Below are positions 37,272 to 38,754 of a stretch of DNA of 38,754 bases, piece after piece (position 1 is the first letter of the stretch; every line of letters starts with the position of its first letter). The DNA is from Nanobdellota archaeon (lineage in GTDB: Archaea > Nanobdellota > Nanobdellia > Woesearchaeales > GW2011-AR9), in assembly GCA_018824365.1 (NCBI GenBank), contig JAHJGQ010000081.1, positions 1-38,754 of the forward strand. Direction: 5' to 3'. Below the pieces are notes generated by a model. It saw only the letters and a list, made by a program, of their open reading frames with translations. It was not told the DNA's origin and did no database searches. A program made the position numbers and the translations under genes.

Positions 37272-37315
37272 TAAAATTAATAATTTATTTAAGTAAATCA
37301 CTATTTTTGAATTAA

Positions 37316-37915
37316 ATGAGTCTTGAAGATAAAGTCAAATGGGTAGAAAGAGAAGATAGAGAAATAAGTTCATTAGATTTCTATAGAGAGCATTATGATA
37401 GTTTGCCACGTAGGCAATTAAGAAATAAAGATCCTAATTTGTATAGACGTCTAAAGAAAGATGGATTTTTAGAATTTGTTCCAACAGTAAAAAGAGATTT
37501 TGGAGATAATCCTGTTGCCTATTATACTGAACGTTATAAAGGTTTGACACGCGGACAGTTAAAGAAAAAAGATCCAGGTTTATATGAACGTATAAAAAGA
37601 GACGGTTTTTTAAAATTTGTTCCAAAGATTATAAGAGATTTTGGAGATGATCCTGTTGTTTATTATACTGAACATTATAAAGGTTTAACACGTGGACAGT
37701 TAGAGAAAAAAGATCCTAGTTTGTATCAACATCTGCGAAAAAAGGGGTTGTTAGAACATATTCCTCTTGTTTGTAAGTATGAAGGTGATCCTTTGGCATA
37801 TTATAACAAATATTACAATAATCGTACACGTAGACAGTTAAGAAAAGAGAATGAGGCGTTATACAGGCGTTTGTGGAGAGATGGCTTGTTGAAACATGTA
37901 CCTTTGAAATTATAA
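37316..37915 (+). CDS. Basic protein of four ~47-aa tandem repeats
   Basis: Unit P..YY.E.Y.GLTRGQL.KKDP.LY..L.+DG.L..VP; DNA repeat period 141 bp. Confidence 0.85.
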   Translation: MSLEDKVKWVEREDREISSLDFYREHYDSLPRRQLRNKDPNLYRRLKKDGFLEFVPTVKRDFGDNPVAYYTERYKGLTRGQLKKKDPGLYERIKRDGFLKFVPKIIRDFGDDPVVYYTEHYKGLTRGQLEKKDPSLYQHLRKKGLLEHIPLVCKYEGDPLAYYNKYYNNRTRRQLRKENEALYRRLWRDGLLKHVPLKL

Positions 37916-37960
37916 CTTTTTTAAGAAAACTATAAAATAAAAAACATTTTTCTTAATTCA

Positions 37961-38590
37961 ATGATAAAAAAAATACTTTCCATTCTGGAAAAAGATCACA
38001 AAAAGACAATGTTAGAACAATTAAGCCATTATACTCATTTTCAAATGTTAATAGCAACTTTACTTAGTTCCAGGACTAAAGATTCAACTACGATTCCGAT
38101 AGTCAAAAAGATTTTTACAAAATATCCTGGTCCGGATGATCTTATCAAGATTGATCTTAAAGAATTGGAAAGCTTATTGTTTAGTATCGGTTTCTATAAA
38201 GTTAAAGCGAAGAATCTGAAAAAATTAAGTAGGATAATAATTGAGAGATATAATAGAAAAGTTCCTGAAACTTTTGAAGAACTGACTTCTTTGCCTGGTG
38301 TTGGCAGAAAAACTGCTAATTGCATATTAGCTTATACTTTCAATAAACCGGCCATAGCTGTAGATACTCATGTGCATCGAATATCTAACCGCTTAGAGTG
38401 GGTGAAGACAAAATATCCTGAAGAGACTGAAGAAGCACTTAAAAAAATAATTCCTAAAAGATTATGGATTGATGTAAATAGGTTATTTGTGAATCATGGT
38501 CAGACTACTTGTTTACCGGTGAATCCTAAATGTAAAATATGTCCTGTTTTAAAGTATTGTCGATTTGGTTTATCTAGAAAAGATTTATAA
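37961..38590 (+). CDS. nth: Endonuclease III
   Basis: HhH LPGVGRKTAN, AVDTHVHR and Fe-S motif C-X6-C-X2-C-X5-C. Confidence 0.96.
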   Translation: MIKKILSILEKDHKKTMLEQLSHYTHFQMLIATLLSSRTKDSTTIPIVKKIFTKYPGPDDLIKIDLKELESLLFSIGFYKVKAKNLKKLSRIIIERYNRKVPETFEELTSLPGVGRKTANCILAYTFNKPAIAVDTHVHRISNRLEWVKTKYPEETEEALKKIIPKRLWIDVNRLFVNHGQTTCLPVNPKCKICPVLKYCRFGLSRKDL

Positions 38591-38619
38591 TTTTTTTTAT
38601 CACGCCCATTGCACTCTAT

Positions 38620-38754
38620 TGTCCCGAAACTGGTTCGCATCACGAAACTAATTCGTCCCACACTTCTTTAGGAGTTTTATAATGAAGGCTCATGTGGAGC
38701 CTCTTTTCATTATAATGCTTAATGAAGTCATTAAGCGAAGAAAATGTGTTTGTA
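38620..38754 (-). mobile_element. End of an IS481-like element with transposase C-terminus (truncated by the window edge)
   Basis: Minus 38753-38640 reads TNTFSSLNDFIKHYNEKRLHMSLHYKTPKEVWDELVS*, matching the integrase-core YN..R.H.SL...TP motif; terminus starts TGT at 38620. Confidence 0.8.

Noticed and set aside
319-37625. Short ORFs antisense to or nested in confident genes (e.g. 319-501, 5748-5990, 14266-14556, 25042-26541, 28310-28639, 37434-37625)
   Set aside because: Shadow frames of well-supported CDSs with no independent evidence.
38620-38740. Ribozyme-like hairpin cluster
   Set aside because: No hammerhead core; the region encodes a transposase C-terminus on the minus strand.

Overview
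AT-rich archaeal chromosomal window, most consistent with a DPANN archaeon (Woesearchaeota-like), inferred from the fused PriS-PriL primase, archaeal ribosomal/RNAP genes, BHB tRNA introns and TTTATAAA promoters about 25 nt upstream of leaderless starts. Core content: the rps13-rps4-rps11-rpoD-rpl18e-rpl13-rps9-rpoN operon, rpoL, primase, GINS, mutS, mutL, uppS, tatD, bud32, mnmD-like, trxA, nth, mscS, a ZPR1-like gene and the oapABC operon. The most unusual locus is 1793-3058: a tRNA-Gly(TCC) with two non-canonical BHB introns, an antisense HTH-LAGLIDADG gene whose stop codon lies inside the T-arm intron, and a second isolated copy of the tRNA 3' end carrying a different BHB intron and an apparent promoter. 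Also absent from the ORF track: two MITEs with perfect target-site duplications, IS5-like and IS481-like transposase ends, an ATC-initiated rps4 behind a uORF and hairpin, a TAG-interrupted DUF4032-like gene, candidate structured RNAs, and a shared upstream motif at mutS and GINS. All calls come from manual reading and recalled family motifs; no searches or folding programs were run.
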